Assembly (NCBI GenBank): GCA_038861545.1
Contig: JAWCCZ010000003.1
Coordinates: forward strand, 189,444-253,443
DNA length: 64,000 nucleotides
Reading direction: 5' to 3'
Origin: Thermofilaceae archaeon
GTDB taxonomy: Archaea; Thermoproteota; Thermoprotei; Thermofilales; Thermofilaceae
Under the pieces are notes generated by a model that was not told the origin of the DNA, made no database searches, and saw nothing but the letters and a program-made list of their open reading frames with translations. The translations under genes and the position numbers were made by a program. This document shows positions 9,626-20,587 of the stretch, in pieces (positions within the stretch are counted from its first letter, which is position 1; each line of letters begins with the position of its first letter).

Positions 9626-10713
9626 GCGTGCTGGTTTTCACGGGGACGAGGCCGGAGATCATAAAGATGGCTCCCGTGCTTAAGGAGCTCGAGAGGCGGA
9701 GTGTTGACTTCCTCTACGTGCACACGGGCCAGCACTACGACTATGAGATGAGCCTAAGGTTCATAGAAGAGCTGGAGTTGCCGCACCCGCACTTCGAGTT
9801 TAAGCTCGAGAACAGTTCGCCCGCCGCTCAGATCGGGGAAATAATGATTAAGGTGGAGAGGGCGATTGGGTCAGCGAAGAAGCTCGGGATCGCACTGGTT
9901 CAGGGCGATACAAATAGCGTGCTTGCCGCAGCGTTAACGGCACTCAGGTTGAACATAAAGGTCGGGCACGTGGAAGCGGGTTTGAGGAGCTACGATTGGA
10001 GGATGCCGGAGGAGCATAATAGGAGGATGGTGGATCACATCTCGGACTACCTGTTTGCTCCAACAGAGTTAGCTAAGAGGAACCTGGAGGAGGAGAAGGT
10101 GCTGAGGCAGGTGTACGTGACTGGGAACACTGTGATTGACGCGCTCGATATGTACTTCAGCAAAGTCGCCGAAGTGGAGGACGAGGTGTTAAGCAAGGTC
10201 AAGTTTAGCGAGTACGTGCTGGTGACTTTCCACCGCGCTGAGAACGTTGATGATCCTAAGAATCTTAAGAGCTTCATCGAGATCCTGAGGAAGGCTCCTA
10301 TCCCAATAGTTTTCCCCGTGCATCCGAGAACGAGGAGGAGGCTTGAGGAGTGGGGCCTTCTCACGCAGTTGAGCGGTTTGGATCATGTGCAGCTGCTACC
10401 TCCACAAGGCTACTTCGAGTTCATAGCCCTCTTAAAGAATGCAGTGCTCGCCTTGACGGATTCTGGAGGGGTTCAGGAGGAGGCTACTCACCCTCGAGTT
10501 AGAAAGCCGGTGCTTGTGTTGAGGAATTCGACGGAGAGGCCTGAAGCTGTCAGCGCGGGTTTCGCCAGGGTTGTCGGTTTGAACCCGAACGTGGTGTTAG
10601 CTGAGCTTGAACGGTTGGTTTCGGTTACGCCGCAGCTCCCGGAGAGGTCGCCGTTCGGTGACGGCCGGGCGGCCGAGAAAATTGTGAACGTCATTGAGAG
10701 AGAGGTTCTCTAG
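9622..10713 (+). CDS. wecB: UDP-N-acetylglucosamine 2-epimerase (non-hydrolysing)
   Basis: GTRPEIIKMAP, HTGQH, QGDT, HVEAGLRS, PEE.NR, TFHRAEN, TDSGGVQEEA, TERPE, PFGDG. Confidence 0.95.
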   Translation: MSVLVFTGTRPEIIKMAPVLKELERRSVDFLYVHTGQHYDYEMSLRFIEELELPHPHFEFKLENSSPAAQIGEIMIKVERAIGSAKKLGIALVQGDTNSVLAAALTALRLNIKVGHVEAGLRSYDWRMPEEHNRRMVDHISDYLFAPTELAKRNLEEEKVLRQVYVTGNTVIDALDMYFSKVAEVEDEVLSKVKFSEYVLVTFHRAENVDDPKNLKSFIEILRKAPIPIVFPVHPRTRRRLEEWGLLTQLSGLDHVQLLPPQGYFEFIALLKNAVLALTDSGGVQEEATHPRVRKPVLVLRNSTERPEAVSAGFARVVGLNPNVVLAELERLVSVTPQLPERSPFGDGRAAEKIVNVIEREVL

Positions 10714-11394
10714 CTTACCCTCTCCTTTCTCAGCTCTAGCACGACTGTTCCCCCACTGGTGTGGGGTTTCCCGGGGTCTGGGCACTGCACTTACCCCACA
10801 TCGTTCCCCCTTCCTATCCCTAGGTCGCGGGCTGAAATGCCCTTTAGGAAGGGTACTAGCATGGTGGATACACCGATCAGCAAGTACAGACAGACCCTAT
10901 GCTGGTGCTCCCATATGTAGAACTCCTCCGCTTCGCTTCAAGCACGTTCCCAGGCTTATAGCCAAGAACACAGTTACTCAACCTCCTTCACGATCATCTT
11001 GACTCTGTAACCCGGCATCAAATGGTATGCATATCTGTTATCCGTACCTATAATTGTTCATAAGGCTGCTAGGCTTTAAGGTTGTTCTACATTAAGAATT
11101 GTAAGAATTGTCATGCCTCTTTTTCCATAAGGATCGTTAGTCCATACATTTTATACAACACATGATAAACTTATCTGTGAAGTTCGATGCCCCTCTTCGA
11201 AGAATTCTTTATTCATCTTTAATATCATTTATCGTAAGAATATCAGAATATTTACTCTTACTCCATACAATACTCTATGAATTAAGAAGAATCAGGTACA
11301 TGCCACATAAAAGATACTACCTTAAAATATTATCAAAAATTACCAATATTATAATCGATTGTTCATTGAAAATAAGCGCTACCTCATGGTTAAA

Positions 11395-11410
11395 GTGATA
11401 CATGTATCAC
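11395..11410. repeat. Perfect 16-bp palindrome GTGATACATGTATCAC upstream of a GT4 gene
   Basis: Self-complementary; ends 57 bp before ATG at 11468. Confidence 0.7.
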
Positions 11411-11467
11411 AGAAAAATAGTTCATGTGTATCCACTGGCCAATAGAAACTTTAGTTTTTAATAGTAA

Positions 11468-12700
11468 ATGTTAGATAAAAAAGTAACTATTATATTTTTC
11501 ACGCCGTATCTATTACCTATCCCTGGAGCAGTTTGGAGACGTATAGGGTATTTCTCAGAATATCTTAAGCAAAAAGGTTTTGATACCTACATAATTGGGG
11601 CTATTACTTTAGAAAGAGATATAGCAAAAATAATATCTCAAATTAAGAAATTAACCAAAGATTACTATTTTAAAGTATTTAATTTTCAACTTATGATACC
11701 TTTTTCTTTTTGGCCAATCCAAATTTTCAATGCAATCATAGGATCGTTTCCAAATATCATTCTTTTGCTTTTGCTTAAACCTAAAGTGGTTGTCATATCT
11801 ATTCCATACATTGAGTTTCTCCCCTTAACTTTTCTTGGTGCTAGGCTTACTGGTGCTAAAATCGTCATCGATGTTCGTGATCCGATGGAATATTGGGTTT
11901 CTTGGAACAAAGGTTTAACTAAAAAACTTTTCATACTAATTGCAAGACTCAATTATTTTTTGATGAAAAATGCTCACGTTATAATCACCGTGACTCCGGA
12001 GTTAGCTAGGTTTCTATCACGCAACGGAGTTTATGCACATGTTATTAGAAACGGTGCGGATATTAGGGCCTTCAAACCTTATAGGAAAGAGAATGCAAGA
12101 AGACATCTTGGATTAGCTGAGAACATGTTTATCATGGTTATGAATGGCTATTTGGGCGGATATTATGATGCTAAACCTCTTCTTAAGGCCATTGAACTAA
12201 TTCCATATAATTTTAAGAGAAGGATATTACTACTGGTTGTCGGTGGTTTTAGCGACCCTAACTACGCTCGAGAATTCGCAGTCTATGTAGTGAAAAAGCG
12301 CTTGAATGAAAACGTGAAAATACTGGGCAAAGTGATGGACGCTGACAAACTAACTAAGATACTGTCAGCCGCTGACATAGGTCTAGTACCCTATACCGAG
12401 GATCCTCTTCTCGATTTCGCGATTCCTGCAAAGTTCTACGAATATATAGCTTGCGGGATTCCTGTACTTGCTTTAACAAGAAAAGGCTCGGCCCTGTGGA
12501 ACATAGTTAACAGCTGGGGGGTTGGTTACGCTTTAGAACCGCACGATGTCAGCTCTATCGCGAATGCTTTACTTGATGCACTTAATACCAGCGGTCATTT
12601 CTTTAAGAGAGAAAAAATACTTAGACTGAGAAGCGTAATAGACAGAAGTCGCGAAGCAGAAAGACTGTTTCTCTTAGTCAGAAAGTTAGTAAACGAATAA
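11468..12700 (+). CDS. GT4 (GT-B) glycosyltransferase
   Basis: IDVRD, NGAD, ADIGLVP, AIPAKFYEYIACGIPV. Confidence 0.9.
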   Translation: MLDKKVTIIFFTPYLLPIPGAVWRRIGYFSEYLKQKGFDTYIIGAITLERDIAKIISQIKKLTKDYYFKVFNFQLMIPFSFWPIQIFNAIIGSFPNIILLLLLKPKVVVISIPYIEFLPLTFLGARLTGAKIVIDVRDPMEYWVSWNKGLTKKLFILIARLNYFLMKNAHVIITVTPELARFLSRNGVYAHVIRNGADIRAFKPYRKENARRHLGLAENMFIMVMNGYLGGYYDAKPLLKAIELIPYNFKRRILLLVVGGFSDPNYAREFAVYVVKKRLNENVKILGKVMDADKLTKILSAADIGLVPYTEDPLLDFAIPAKFYEYIACGIPVLALTRKGSALWNIVNSWGVGYALEPHDVSSIANALLDALNTSGHFFKREKILRLRSVIDRSREAERLFLLVRKLVNE

Positions 12701-12705
12701 GATCT

Positions 12706-15700
12706 ATGAGTATTCTATTCAGAATCAAACTTAGTATACTTTTAATTTTTCTTTCATTGATTACGACAGCTGTTTTCTCATACTTGCTTGCCATACGTAT
12801 CAAGTATCCCGATACGATGAGGTTCGTCGTAGCTAACACTATTTCATTGATCTCGTTATTCTTCTTGCTACACTCGCGTTCTAATTACCATAAACTTAAA
12901 TTATTAATTAAAAATGTAAAATATATTTCTGTAACATTTTTATTAATGATATTTTTATTATTACTATTTAATATAAATAGCTTTATAAATTTATTTTTGT
13001 CCCATATCCTTATCCTAATCAGTGGGATATCTATTGTTAATATATTAGGCAAAAAACATTTCAATTTCCTTGTAAAATTGATTATCAGTTATTTTTTAGG
13101 GGCTTTGGAATTTGGTCTTTTAGTCTTGATTATATCGACTTTGCTTTATCCTATGAATTACTTTTCATCAACCGCTATCTTCAGAATGTTCCTTATTACA
13201 GTAGCTATACTGCAAAATCTTCATTTGGTAAGAGTTACTAAAAACGAATTAATTGTAGAATTTAAACTGGGAATTTCATTGAAAAAGATGATTATGTATG
13301 CCGCACTGATTATGACATTATGGTTTTTTGTTATATATTATCCTTTAAAATATTTGATTTTAGCTCTTGCTGTAACTGATTTTTCGATTCATTTTAGGAT
13401 GGCCGTTAATATAATTCGAAATCCTTTGTTACTTATCAAAGTTTATTCTAGTGATTATCCACTTTACCATGCATACCTGGGGGCATCTATGATACTATCA
13501 AACAATTTTGATTTCGCCCATAATTTTATTATTTCCACAATGTTTCAGCAACTGTTACTCGTAGTTGCTGCTACTGTGTATATTCAAGCAGTATTAAGAA
13601 CTAGCAACTTTAGATCGGTTTTACTGACTCCTTTAGCTTTGCTAATTTTCACTCAAATGGGTTGGTCTTACTTAATAGTATATCCTCCTCCAACTCCGGA
13701 TAGATGGTTTGAGGTGTTAATTCAAGCTAATGAAAAAATATATAGAACCACTATGTATTGTCAGCTAACTTATTTCTGGCCGGCTCCCATTGGTCTTGGG
13801 ATAACCTTATATCTATTATTTTTATCAATGATCATAAAATCTGACAATTATGGAAGAATAATAACGGTATTGTTATCGTTTATGTTATCGACAACACATC
13901 TCCCCGAGAGTATTTTCCTCTGCATCGTCCTTGCGTCGTCAGTTTTTTTGAACTCGTCAAGTTTAATAAAAGGTTTTGTATTAGGCTCTTTGATTGGAGT
14001 TTCCCTGATGCTTGTTCTCGATATAATCCTACTAAGATCTATTCAAATACAAATAAATTGGGTAATTGTATATTTAATTATACTTCTACCATGTATTGCT
14101 TTATTACTTAATAAGATAAAATACGTGCGAATTTTCATATCACGCCTGCATTTCAAATTTACAAATCTTTTGAATAGTGAGTCAAATCAAGCAATAGTAT
14201 TTTTCATCTATATATTTTTCTTAGCTGGTTTGCTTGCAGCATTTGATCACTCGACTGAATTTGCAGTTAGTAAGGCTGATCCGGGAAATGTTGTCGGTTT
14301 AGTTCCCTGGTTTGCGTACTCTCTGATCATCGGTCCTGCACTACCCTTAGGTTTGACCGAATTATTACTCAATCGTTCTCTTGATGAAAAATCAAGGAAT
14401 TTAACTTTAATGATAATAATTACGGCTATTTTGATCGGTAAGTCTTCTTCGTATATTAACCTTAGCATACATTCTGGCTATTGGGGTGAGAAAAGGTTCC
14501 TAGTTTTCATCTACTTAGCGCTACTCCCATATTCGATATCGCTGATCGATCGCACTCTGGAGTACTTATTTAACGGTTTGAATCGCAAAAGAACATTTTT
14601 GCTCTATTTACTCATTCCCATTATTTTAGTGTTATCTTTTGGGAATATCCTTAATTATTCGGCTTACTGGGAGATTTTCTCGTACAGAACGCTGATGACC
14701 GATTCTGAACGAGTCTTAGTGCAGTACATGGCGGATACGTTGTGGCGGGATCCCGCAAGGTGGGTTCTTCCCTCCAGTTCCAGAATCCGTGCTGTAACTA
14801 TTCACGCAGCACCTATATATAATACTAACATCCTACTCCCTATTGATAAAATACATCAACCTGAGTACTTATTCTGGATGCTAAATGCTTATGATCTTGA
14901 TGCACCCTACTTTGTTACAAGTAAAGGAGGGAGTAACGAGTTGCTAAAAGCCGCTGGCAAGAAGCTCTTTGAGGTGGGGGATTTCGAGGTCTATGATATA
15001 CCCCGTTTGTCACCTATTATGAGGAAGAGCGAGAGTGTGCTTCTAAAGCCTTTGCCCGATGAGGGTACGGTCAGGGATTTCGCCTATACGGCTTTACTTC
15101 TCTCCAGGCTTGCTCTCAATTACACGGTTGCGAATATCTTTGATGCATTAGCTGAAAATTATTCCACTTGGTTATTGCCTTTCGACACGTGTGATCCGCT
15201 AATCCTAGAAGCTCTAAAGGGAGGTGTAGCTATTAATCCTCGTTCAGTGGTCGTGATTAACTTAGGACCTCATGCTTGCCTTTACGATATTGTGAAGTCG
15301 GACGCTGCTGTGAGAAGTTTTTCAAGAGTTGAACTTGAGGCCTTTGAGGGTTCTATGAACGGAAAAAGCATAGTTTACATAAAGATTAATAGTTCGATCA
15401 ATACTATATTGTGGGATAACGCAACTTTAAACGCTCTTCACGCTATGCTCTCGAAGTATTTGAGGAGTTTTGTGCAAGCACAGTGGAGTTGGTGGGAAGG
15501 AAGCGGTAATGTTGGTGCAACGACTTTAACCGCAAGGGATGCGGTTTTAAGCGCTAGATCTATAGTTGTCATGAGTGAAGAGACGCCGCTGTGCATTGGC
15601 GATGCATGCTTTTCAGATGCCAGGTTCGTTCAGATTCTACAGTTAGGCGATACCCCTCTCCTCAAAGTTGACTACATCGCGATAACGAGGGGTTACGGCT

Positions 15701-16167
15701 ACTACGTGGAGGCGAAGTGTGCGAACGCCACTTTACTGCCGCAGAGCATGATCCTTATTTATTCAAAGGAAGGGGTTTTGCATGCTCTTAGGTTAGATAA
15801 GCCCCTATCGCTTGCAAGGAATCTAACTCTGCTAGCGAGGGACCTCTCAATTACCTCGGCTGAAGCGGTCCTCAATACCTACTCTCAAAGGCTTGCAGGA
15901 CCGTTTTTACCCGGAGAGATGCTTATGAAAGGAGGCACTATAAACATCAAGTACTTACAAGGTAGTAGTAACTTTCATGTTCTAAATGTTTCAATTACTG
16001 GTTCAAGGGTTATTCTCTCCTCAGTTTCCAATGTATATGATGACTTTACTGCTATAACAAAAACATTTAAATATATATTACTCATAGTGATATTTTCAAC
16101 AATTTATTATTTTTATCTTCTCTATCGATTGCGCAAGGAAAAGCTCTCCAAATCGGGAGATGGTTAA
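12706..16167 (+). CDS. Giant polytopic membrane protein, GT-C-like, with extracellular C-terminal domain and final TM
   Basis: Many hydrophobic segments over ~650 aa, loop TDFSIH..YP.YH, soluble beta-rich domain with sequons, C-terminal TM; located among GTs. Confidence 0.7.
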   Translation: MSILFRIKLSILLIFLSLITTAVFSYLLAIRIKYPDTMRFVVANTISLISLFFLLHSRSNYHKLKLLIKNVKYISVTFLLMIFLLLLFNINSFINLFLSHILILISGISIVNILGKKHFNFLVKLIISYFLGALEFGLLVLIISTLLYPMNYFSSTAIFRMFLITVAILQNLHLVRVTKNELIVEFKLGISLKKMIMYAALIMTLWFFVIYYPLKYLILALAVTDFSIHFRMAVNIIRNPLLLIKVYSSDYPLYHAYLGASMILSNNFDFAHNFIISTMFQQLLLVVAATVYIQAVLRTSNFRSVLLTPLALLIFTQMGWSYLIVYPPPTPDRWFEVLIQANEKIYRTTMYCQLTYFWPAPIGLGITLYLLFLSMIIKSDNYGRIITVLLSFMLSTTHLPESIFLCIVLASSVFLNSSSLIKGFVLGSLIGVSLMLVLDIILLRSIQIQINWVIVYLIILLPCIALLLNKIKYVRIFISRLHFKFTNLLNSESNQAIVFFIYIFFLAGLLAAFDHSTEFAVSKADPGNVVGLVPWFAYSLIIGPALPLGLTELLLNRSLDEKSRNLTLMIIITAILIGKSSSYINLSIHSGYWGEKRFLVFIYLALLPYSISLIDRTLEYLFNGLNRKRTFLLYLLIPIILVLSFGNILNYSAYWEIFSYRTLMTDSERVLVQYMADTLWRDPARWVLPSSSRIRAVTIHAAPIYNTNILLPIDKIHQPEYLFWMLNAYDLDAPYFVTSKGGSNELLKAAGKKLFEVGDFEVYDIPRLSPIMRKSESVLLKPLPDEGTVRDFAYTALLLSRLALNYTVANIFDALAENYSTWLLPFDTCDPLILEALKGGVAINPRSVVVINLGPHACLYDIVKSDAAVRSFSRVELEAFEGSMNGKSIVYIKINSSINTILWDNATLNALHAMLSKYLRSFVQAQWSWWEGSGNVGATTLTARDAVLSARSIVVMSEETPLCIGDACFSDARFVQILQLGDTPLLKVDYIAITRGYGYYVEAKCANATLLPQSMILIYSKEGVLHALRLDKPLSLARNLTLLARDLSITSAEAVLNTYSQRLAGPFLPGEMLMKGGTINIKYLQGSSNFHVLNVSITGSRVILSSVSNVYDDFTAITKTFKYILLIVIFSTIYYFYLLYRLRKEKLSKSGDG

Positions 16168-16246
16168 GTTGTTCGTGACATAGATGAATATTCTGCTTGA
16201 AAAAGAGTCCTCGTGAACTAAAGTTGTTCTAACCGAAGCGTTTAGT

Positions 16247-17491
16247 ATGGGTCTGGTTGATCTTGGAGTATTGGTAGTTTCGGCTCGCGTCGGTACGTCT
16301 CCTGAAGCTATACCATACTCGTTTGTGTTTGATGAAGTGGTGAGGCTAGCTAAGAGGGGGGTAGAGGTTCATGTTGTTAGGTTAGACCCTGAAAAGTCCG
16401 GTGGGTACTGTCTATCTTATGGTGTTCATTTTCACAGTATAAAACCAAAAATGAATCTTAGAGTAATGGATACTTTAATTTGTAGTTTAATGAGAAGCCT
16501 TCCTTTAGGGGTTTTTAGGAATTTATCCAATATGTACCTGGAGAGTTATTACGCGATGCATGCCGCGGAGTTACTCCGGACTCTGGATCTTGTCCACGCG
16601 CATTTCGCCTATCCTGAGGGGTTGGTGGGCTATTTGGCAGCGGTTAAAGTTGGCAAGCCGCTAATTATTACGGTGCACGGCTACGATATTTTGACGGAGC
16701 CATCCATCGGATACGGGGTGAGGCTTAGTAAAAGGTATGATTTTCTCGTCAGGAAAGTGCTGAATGCGGCGGACGCTGTGATTTGCAATAGTAGAGCGCT
16801 GTACAGGGAAGTTAGAAGGATAGCGAAGAGTAAAGATAAGGTTCATCTGATATTCAATGGTGTTGATCTCAAACGATTCAATCCCAATATAGATCTTCTC
16901 GAAGCTCGAAGGAGGCTCGGCTTACTTTTAGATCACTTCTTAGTCTTTACAGTAAGGCCTCATGCACCTAAATACGGGATAGAGTACATGATCCGCGCCA
17001 TCCCTTACGTTGTCAGCCGTAGGGAGGACGTCCTCTTTGTGGTAGGTGGTGAGGGTCCGCAGAGACGGTACCACGAGGAGCTCGCTAAGGGGTTAGGTGT
17101 TGCTGATCGAATTATTTTTACTGGAGCTATACCGCAGGCCTTTCTTCACCTTTACTACGCTGCCTGCGATGTTGTAATTGTGCCATCGCTTCAGGAAGCT
17201 TGGGGTTTAGTCGTGACGGAGGCCCTTGCTTCGGAGAAGCCGGTGATCGGTTCGAACGTGGGTGGTATTAAGGATCAGATAATAGATGGCTTTAACGGTT
17301 TTCTCGTTCCTCCCCGCGACTCTCAGGCTATCGCCGAGAGGATTTTGTACTTTATTGATAACCCGAGTGAGGCGAGGAGGATGGGCATGAATGGTCGGCG
17401 GCTTGCTGAAGAGAGTTTTAATATCGAAAAGAGAATCTGTAAGATCATTCAATTGTACGAGAGGGTTTTATCGGAGCGTAAAGGCGGGTAA
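16247..17491 (+). CDS. GT4 (GT-B) glycosyltransferase
   Basis: HAHFAYP, TVHGYD, NGVD, PSLQEAWGLVVTEA, GGI.DQI.DG.NGFLVPP. Confidence 0.92.
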   Translation: MGLVDLGVLVVSARVGTSPEAIPYSFVFDEVVRLAKRGVEVHVVRLDPEKSGGYCLSYGVHFHSIKPKMNLRVMDTLICSLMRSLPLGVFRNLSNMYLESYYAMHAAELLRTLDLVHAHFAYPEGLVGYLAAVKVGKPLIITVHGYDILTEPSIGYGVRLSKRYDFLVRKVLNAADAVICNSRALYREVRRIAKSKDKVHLIFNGVDLKRFNPNIDLLEARRRLGLLLDHFLVFTVRPHAPKYGIEYMIRAIPYVVSRREDVLFVVGGEGPQRRYHEELAKGLGVADRIIFTGAIPQAFLHLYYAACDVVIVPSLQEAWGLVVTEALASEKPVIGSNVGGIKDQIIDGFNGFLVPPRDSQAIAERILYFIDNPSEARRMGMNGRRLAEESFNIEKRICKIIQLYERVLSERKGG

Positions 17492-17497
17492 GGCGTA

Positions 17498-18333
17498 ATG
17501 TCGCGCTTAATGCGTGCTCTCGCTAGGGCTTTTATCTGGCGTAGGATTATTCGCAGCTTTCGCGGTTTAACGCTCACCTCACAGTTAAATCTTTTTGTAA
17601 GCGCGCTTGCAGACATTCTTGCATCCTTAATTGTAAAACCGAGCAATCCCTTACTGCTTCTATCCGGCTTGTACTTGTCCTCTGAGGGGTTAACGGTGTA
17701 TGCGAGAGGTGGGACGGAGGATTTGTACCATTTGCTTCCTGGGAGGGAAGGGAGTGTTGATCTAGTGATCAGGCGCATGCTTCGCTCTGGTGACGTGTTT
17801 GTAGATGTAGGAGCTAACGTTGGTTACTACACGTTGCTGGCTGCAAGGAAGGGTTGCAAAGTCATAGCTGTGGAGCCAGTGCCTCAGACGCTGGCGGTTC
17901 TCAGGATAAACCTCCAGCTTAACCGGTTGGAGGATCTCGTGACTGTCGTTGGGAAGTGTGCGTGAGCTCAAGGGGGTATGTGAAGTTGGCTATTCCATGG
18001 GACAAGTTCTTTGGTTTAGCCTCTGCCGTCTTGAATAGGGGTAAGAGTGCTACTGTTGAGGTCGAGTGTGTTGATTTGGACAGTGTGCTTTGCAGCTACC
18101 CCGAGATCAGGTTGATGAAGATTTATGTAGAGGGAGCCGAGTACGAAGTACTTAAGGGAGCGGATAATGCACTGAGGAAGACCGACTTCATTGTTATCGA
18201 GCTTACTCGAGACATGAGAGACATTATTGGCTTGCTATTGAAGAAAGGGTACAGAATCAAGCATTTAGGATTCTCGACGTACATTCTAGCTTTCAACGCT
18301 ATTAAGATCGTTGAAGAAGGGCGAAGATGCTAA
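17498..18333 (+). pseudogene. FkbM-family SAM methyltransferase, frameshifted
   Basis: FVDVGANVGYY, AVEP in ORF1; LDS...MKIYVEGAEYEVLKG in ORF2; adding one G at 17964 joins them (GKCA-W-SSRG); canonical KIDVEG reads KIYVEG. Confidence 0.85.
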
Positions 18334-18943
18334 TTTTACGAGTGTTGCTTTCTCAAGTGTCTGAATACATTACTTTTTCCCGTGCACGATACGCTGATTT
18401 CAGAAGCGCTGTAGTGACTGATCGCGGCTCTAGAATAGTGATTTGCGAGGGGCTGATTCGACGAGCGCCCACTAGTTAGGGTGGGTGAAGCCGGCAGTGT
18501 AGTCAGTGTTCCCAGCTTGGTTGTGCGTGCAGAATTGAGAGGCCTGCTGATTCCTGAGCTGTTTCGTTCTTATGCAACAATATGTTCCGTTTTCCGGAAG
18601 ATAGCGTATAAAGAACGTTGCGATTAGTTACTACTAACTTGTCTCATGCATACAGAAAGCAATCTACTTCTACATTTACGTGGAGGTAGAGGGATGGGAG
18701 AATCAGGTAATATAACGGCAGTAATGTGTCATTCAGGGACATGTCAGCGTTTTTGGCGGCATTGTGATAAGGTATAAAAACAGCATTAACAAGAAGTGAG
18801 CCTCAGGCTCACACTTTTATTGGAAGATAGTGAGAGCGAGTATCAGATTGCTGCTAGGACTTACTCAGTTTATAGGTGGTGAATGTGACGTGACAGAAAA
18901 CGTCCAAAGTATTTTATACTAGGTGCATGGTTCTGCTTTTACA

Positions 18944-20008
18944 ATGAAGGGTGTTATTCTTCATGGGGGTGCTGGTACTCGTTTGAGGCCTTTGACGTTT
19001 TCGGGTCCGAAGCAGTTGATTGAGGTGGCGGGGAAGCCTGTTTCTCAGTGGGTGCTGGAGGATCTGGTGTCTGCTGGGGTTCGGGAGGTGGCTATCGTGC
19101 TGGGCGATGTATTTCCGGAGCTAGTGGTGCAGTACTACGGTGATGGGTCGCGCTTCGGAGCGAGGGTGAGTTACGTGCACCAGGGGAAGCCGCTAGGGAT
19201 TGCGCACGCTGTCGGTCTCTGCCGCGATTTCGTGGGGAGCGACAGCTTCGTCGTCTACTTGGGTGATAACCTTCTCCAGCACGGTATCAAGGAGTACGTG
19301 AGGAGCTTTGTGGGGGGTGGCTACGATGCGCTAGTGCTTTTGAAGGAGGTGGAGGATCCAACGCGCTTCGGCGTTGCGCAGCTCGACGAGAGGGGACGTT
19401 TGGTACGGCTAGTGGAGAAACCGAAGTCTCCTCCAAGCAACCTCGCGCTCGTTGGTGTCTACTTCTTTAAATCCATTATTTTCAAAGCTATCGACGAGAT
19501 CGAGCCGAGCTGGCGCAGTGAGCTGGAGATCACAGACGCGCTCCAAAAGCTAATCGATTGGGGCTGCAACGTGGGTTACCGGATTATAGAGGGCTGGTGG
19601 CTGGATACGGGGAAGAAGGATGACATCCTCACGGCGAACTATCTCCTCTTGGACGGGAAGGCTGAGCGGAAGATCGAGGGTGAGATGGTCAACTCGAGAG
19701 TCGAGGGTAGGGTTACCGTCTGCAAGGGAGCAAGGATCGTTGATAGTACAGTCCGAGGTCCCGCTTTCATTGGAGAGGGGACAATCGTCGAGCATTCGTT
19801 CATTGGTCCCTACACGAGCTTAAGTAAGAGCGTTAAAGTCGTCGAGAGCTCTCTCGAATACTGCGTCGTGTTAGAGGGAGCTTGGATTGAGAGCGTGGAG
19901 AGGATGGAGGAGAGCCTTGTCGGCCGTCACGCGAAGGTAGTGAAGAGGAGTAAGGATGGGAGAGCGCTGAGACTTAACATAGGGGATTACTCGGAAGTAT
20001 ATTTGTAG
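18944..20008 (+). CDS. rmlA: Glucose-1-phosphate thymidylyltransferase (long form)
   Basis: HGGAGTRLRPLT, PKQL, YLGDN, FGVA, LVEKP, ELEITDA, WLDTG, C-terminal hexapeptide region. Confidence 0.95.
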   Translation: MKGVILHGGAGTRLRPLTFSGPKQLIEVAGKPVSQWVLEDLVSAGVREVAIVLGDVFPELVVQYYGDGSRFGARVSYVHQGKPLGIAHAVGLCRDFVGSDSFVVYLGDNLLQHGIKEYVRSFVGGGYDALVLLKEVEDPTRFGVAQLDERGRLVRLVEKPKSPPSNLALVGVYFFKSIIFKAIDEIEPSWRSELEITDALQKLIDWGCNVGYRIIEGWWLDTGKKDDILTANYLLLDGKAERKIEGEMVNSRVEGRVTVCKGARIVDSTVRGPAFIGEGTIVEHSFIGPYTSLSKSVKVVESSLEYCVVLEGAWIESVERMEESLVGRHAKVVKRSKDGRALRLNIGDYSEVYL

Positions 20009-20055
20009 CTAGTTACTAAGATAAAGTATTTAGTACTAAAGTTTGAGAGAGGAGT

Positions 20056-20583
20056 ATGCCTCTCTTAGGTAGCGCACGGGAGCTGTCGCTCTTAGGCGTA
20101 AAGCTGGCGGATCTAGCGGTTATGCCGGATGAAAGAGGTTTTTTCGCCGAGATTTTCAGGAAGGATTGGCTGTTGTTCGAAGACGAAATCGTTCAGGCTA
20201 ACCTTTCCTTCACATACCCTGGCATGGTGAGGGCTTGGCATCGGCACTTGAGGGGTCAAGTGGACTACTTTCTCGTTGTCGTTGGCTCAATAAAGGTCTG
20301 CGCTTATGACGATGAGACAAAACAGCTAGTAGAAGTAATTCTATCCGATAGGAGGCCTCAGATCCTAAGGGTTCCAGGCCACTATTGGCACGGCTTCAAG
20401 GTAGTGGGAAACGGGTCGGCAATCCACGTGTACTTCGTAAATAAACTCTACAATTATACTAACCCGGATGAAGAGAGAAGGCCTTGGAACGACCCGGCCG
20501 TAGTACCCCTAGCTATTAACGGAAGGAAGGATGACCCACGCTGCGGGAAGCCGTGGGACTGGTTCTACCCACCGCACCGGTGA
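20056..20583 (+). CDS. rmlC: dTDP-4-dehydrorhamnose 3,5-epimerase
   Basis: DERGFFAE, QAN.S, VRAWH.H, VPG..WHGF, Y...DE...W.DP. Confidence 0.92.
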   Translation: MPLLGSARELSLLGVKLADLAVMPDERGFFAEIFRKDWLLFEDEIVQANLSFTYPGMVRAWHRHLRGQVDYFLVVVGSIKVCAYDDETKQLVEVILSDRRPQILRVPGHYWHGFKVVGNGSAIHVYFVNKLYNYTNPDEERRPWNDPAVVPLAINGRKDDPRCGKPWDWFYPPHR

Positions 20584-20587
20584 GAGC

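Noticed and set aside
10714-11394. ORFs or gene remnants in the gap after wecB
   Set aside because: No recognisable motif in the frames I read; probably decayed sequence.
15481-15510. WWEGS in the 1153-aa protein as an AglB WWDxG motif
   Set aside because: Does not match WWDxG and lies far from the end of the TM region.
18334-18943. Possible ncRNA and the 8-bp-arm hairpin GTGAGCCT-C-AGGCTCAC (18796-18812)
   Set aside because: No C/D or H/ACA box set recognised; the hairpin is too short to exceed chance.
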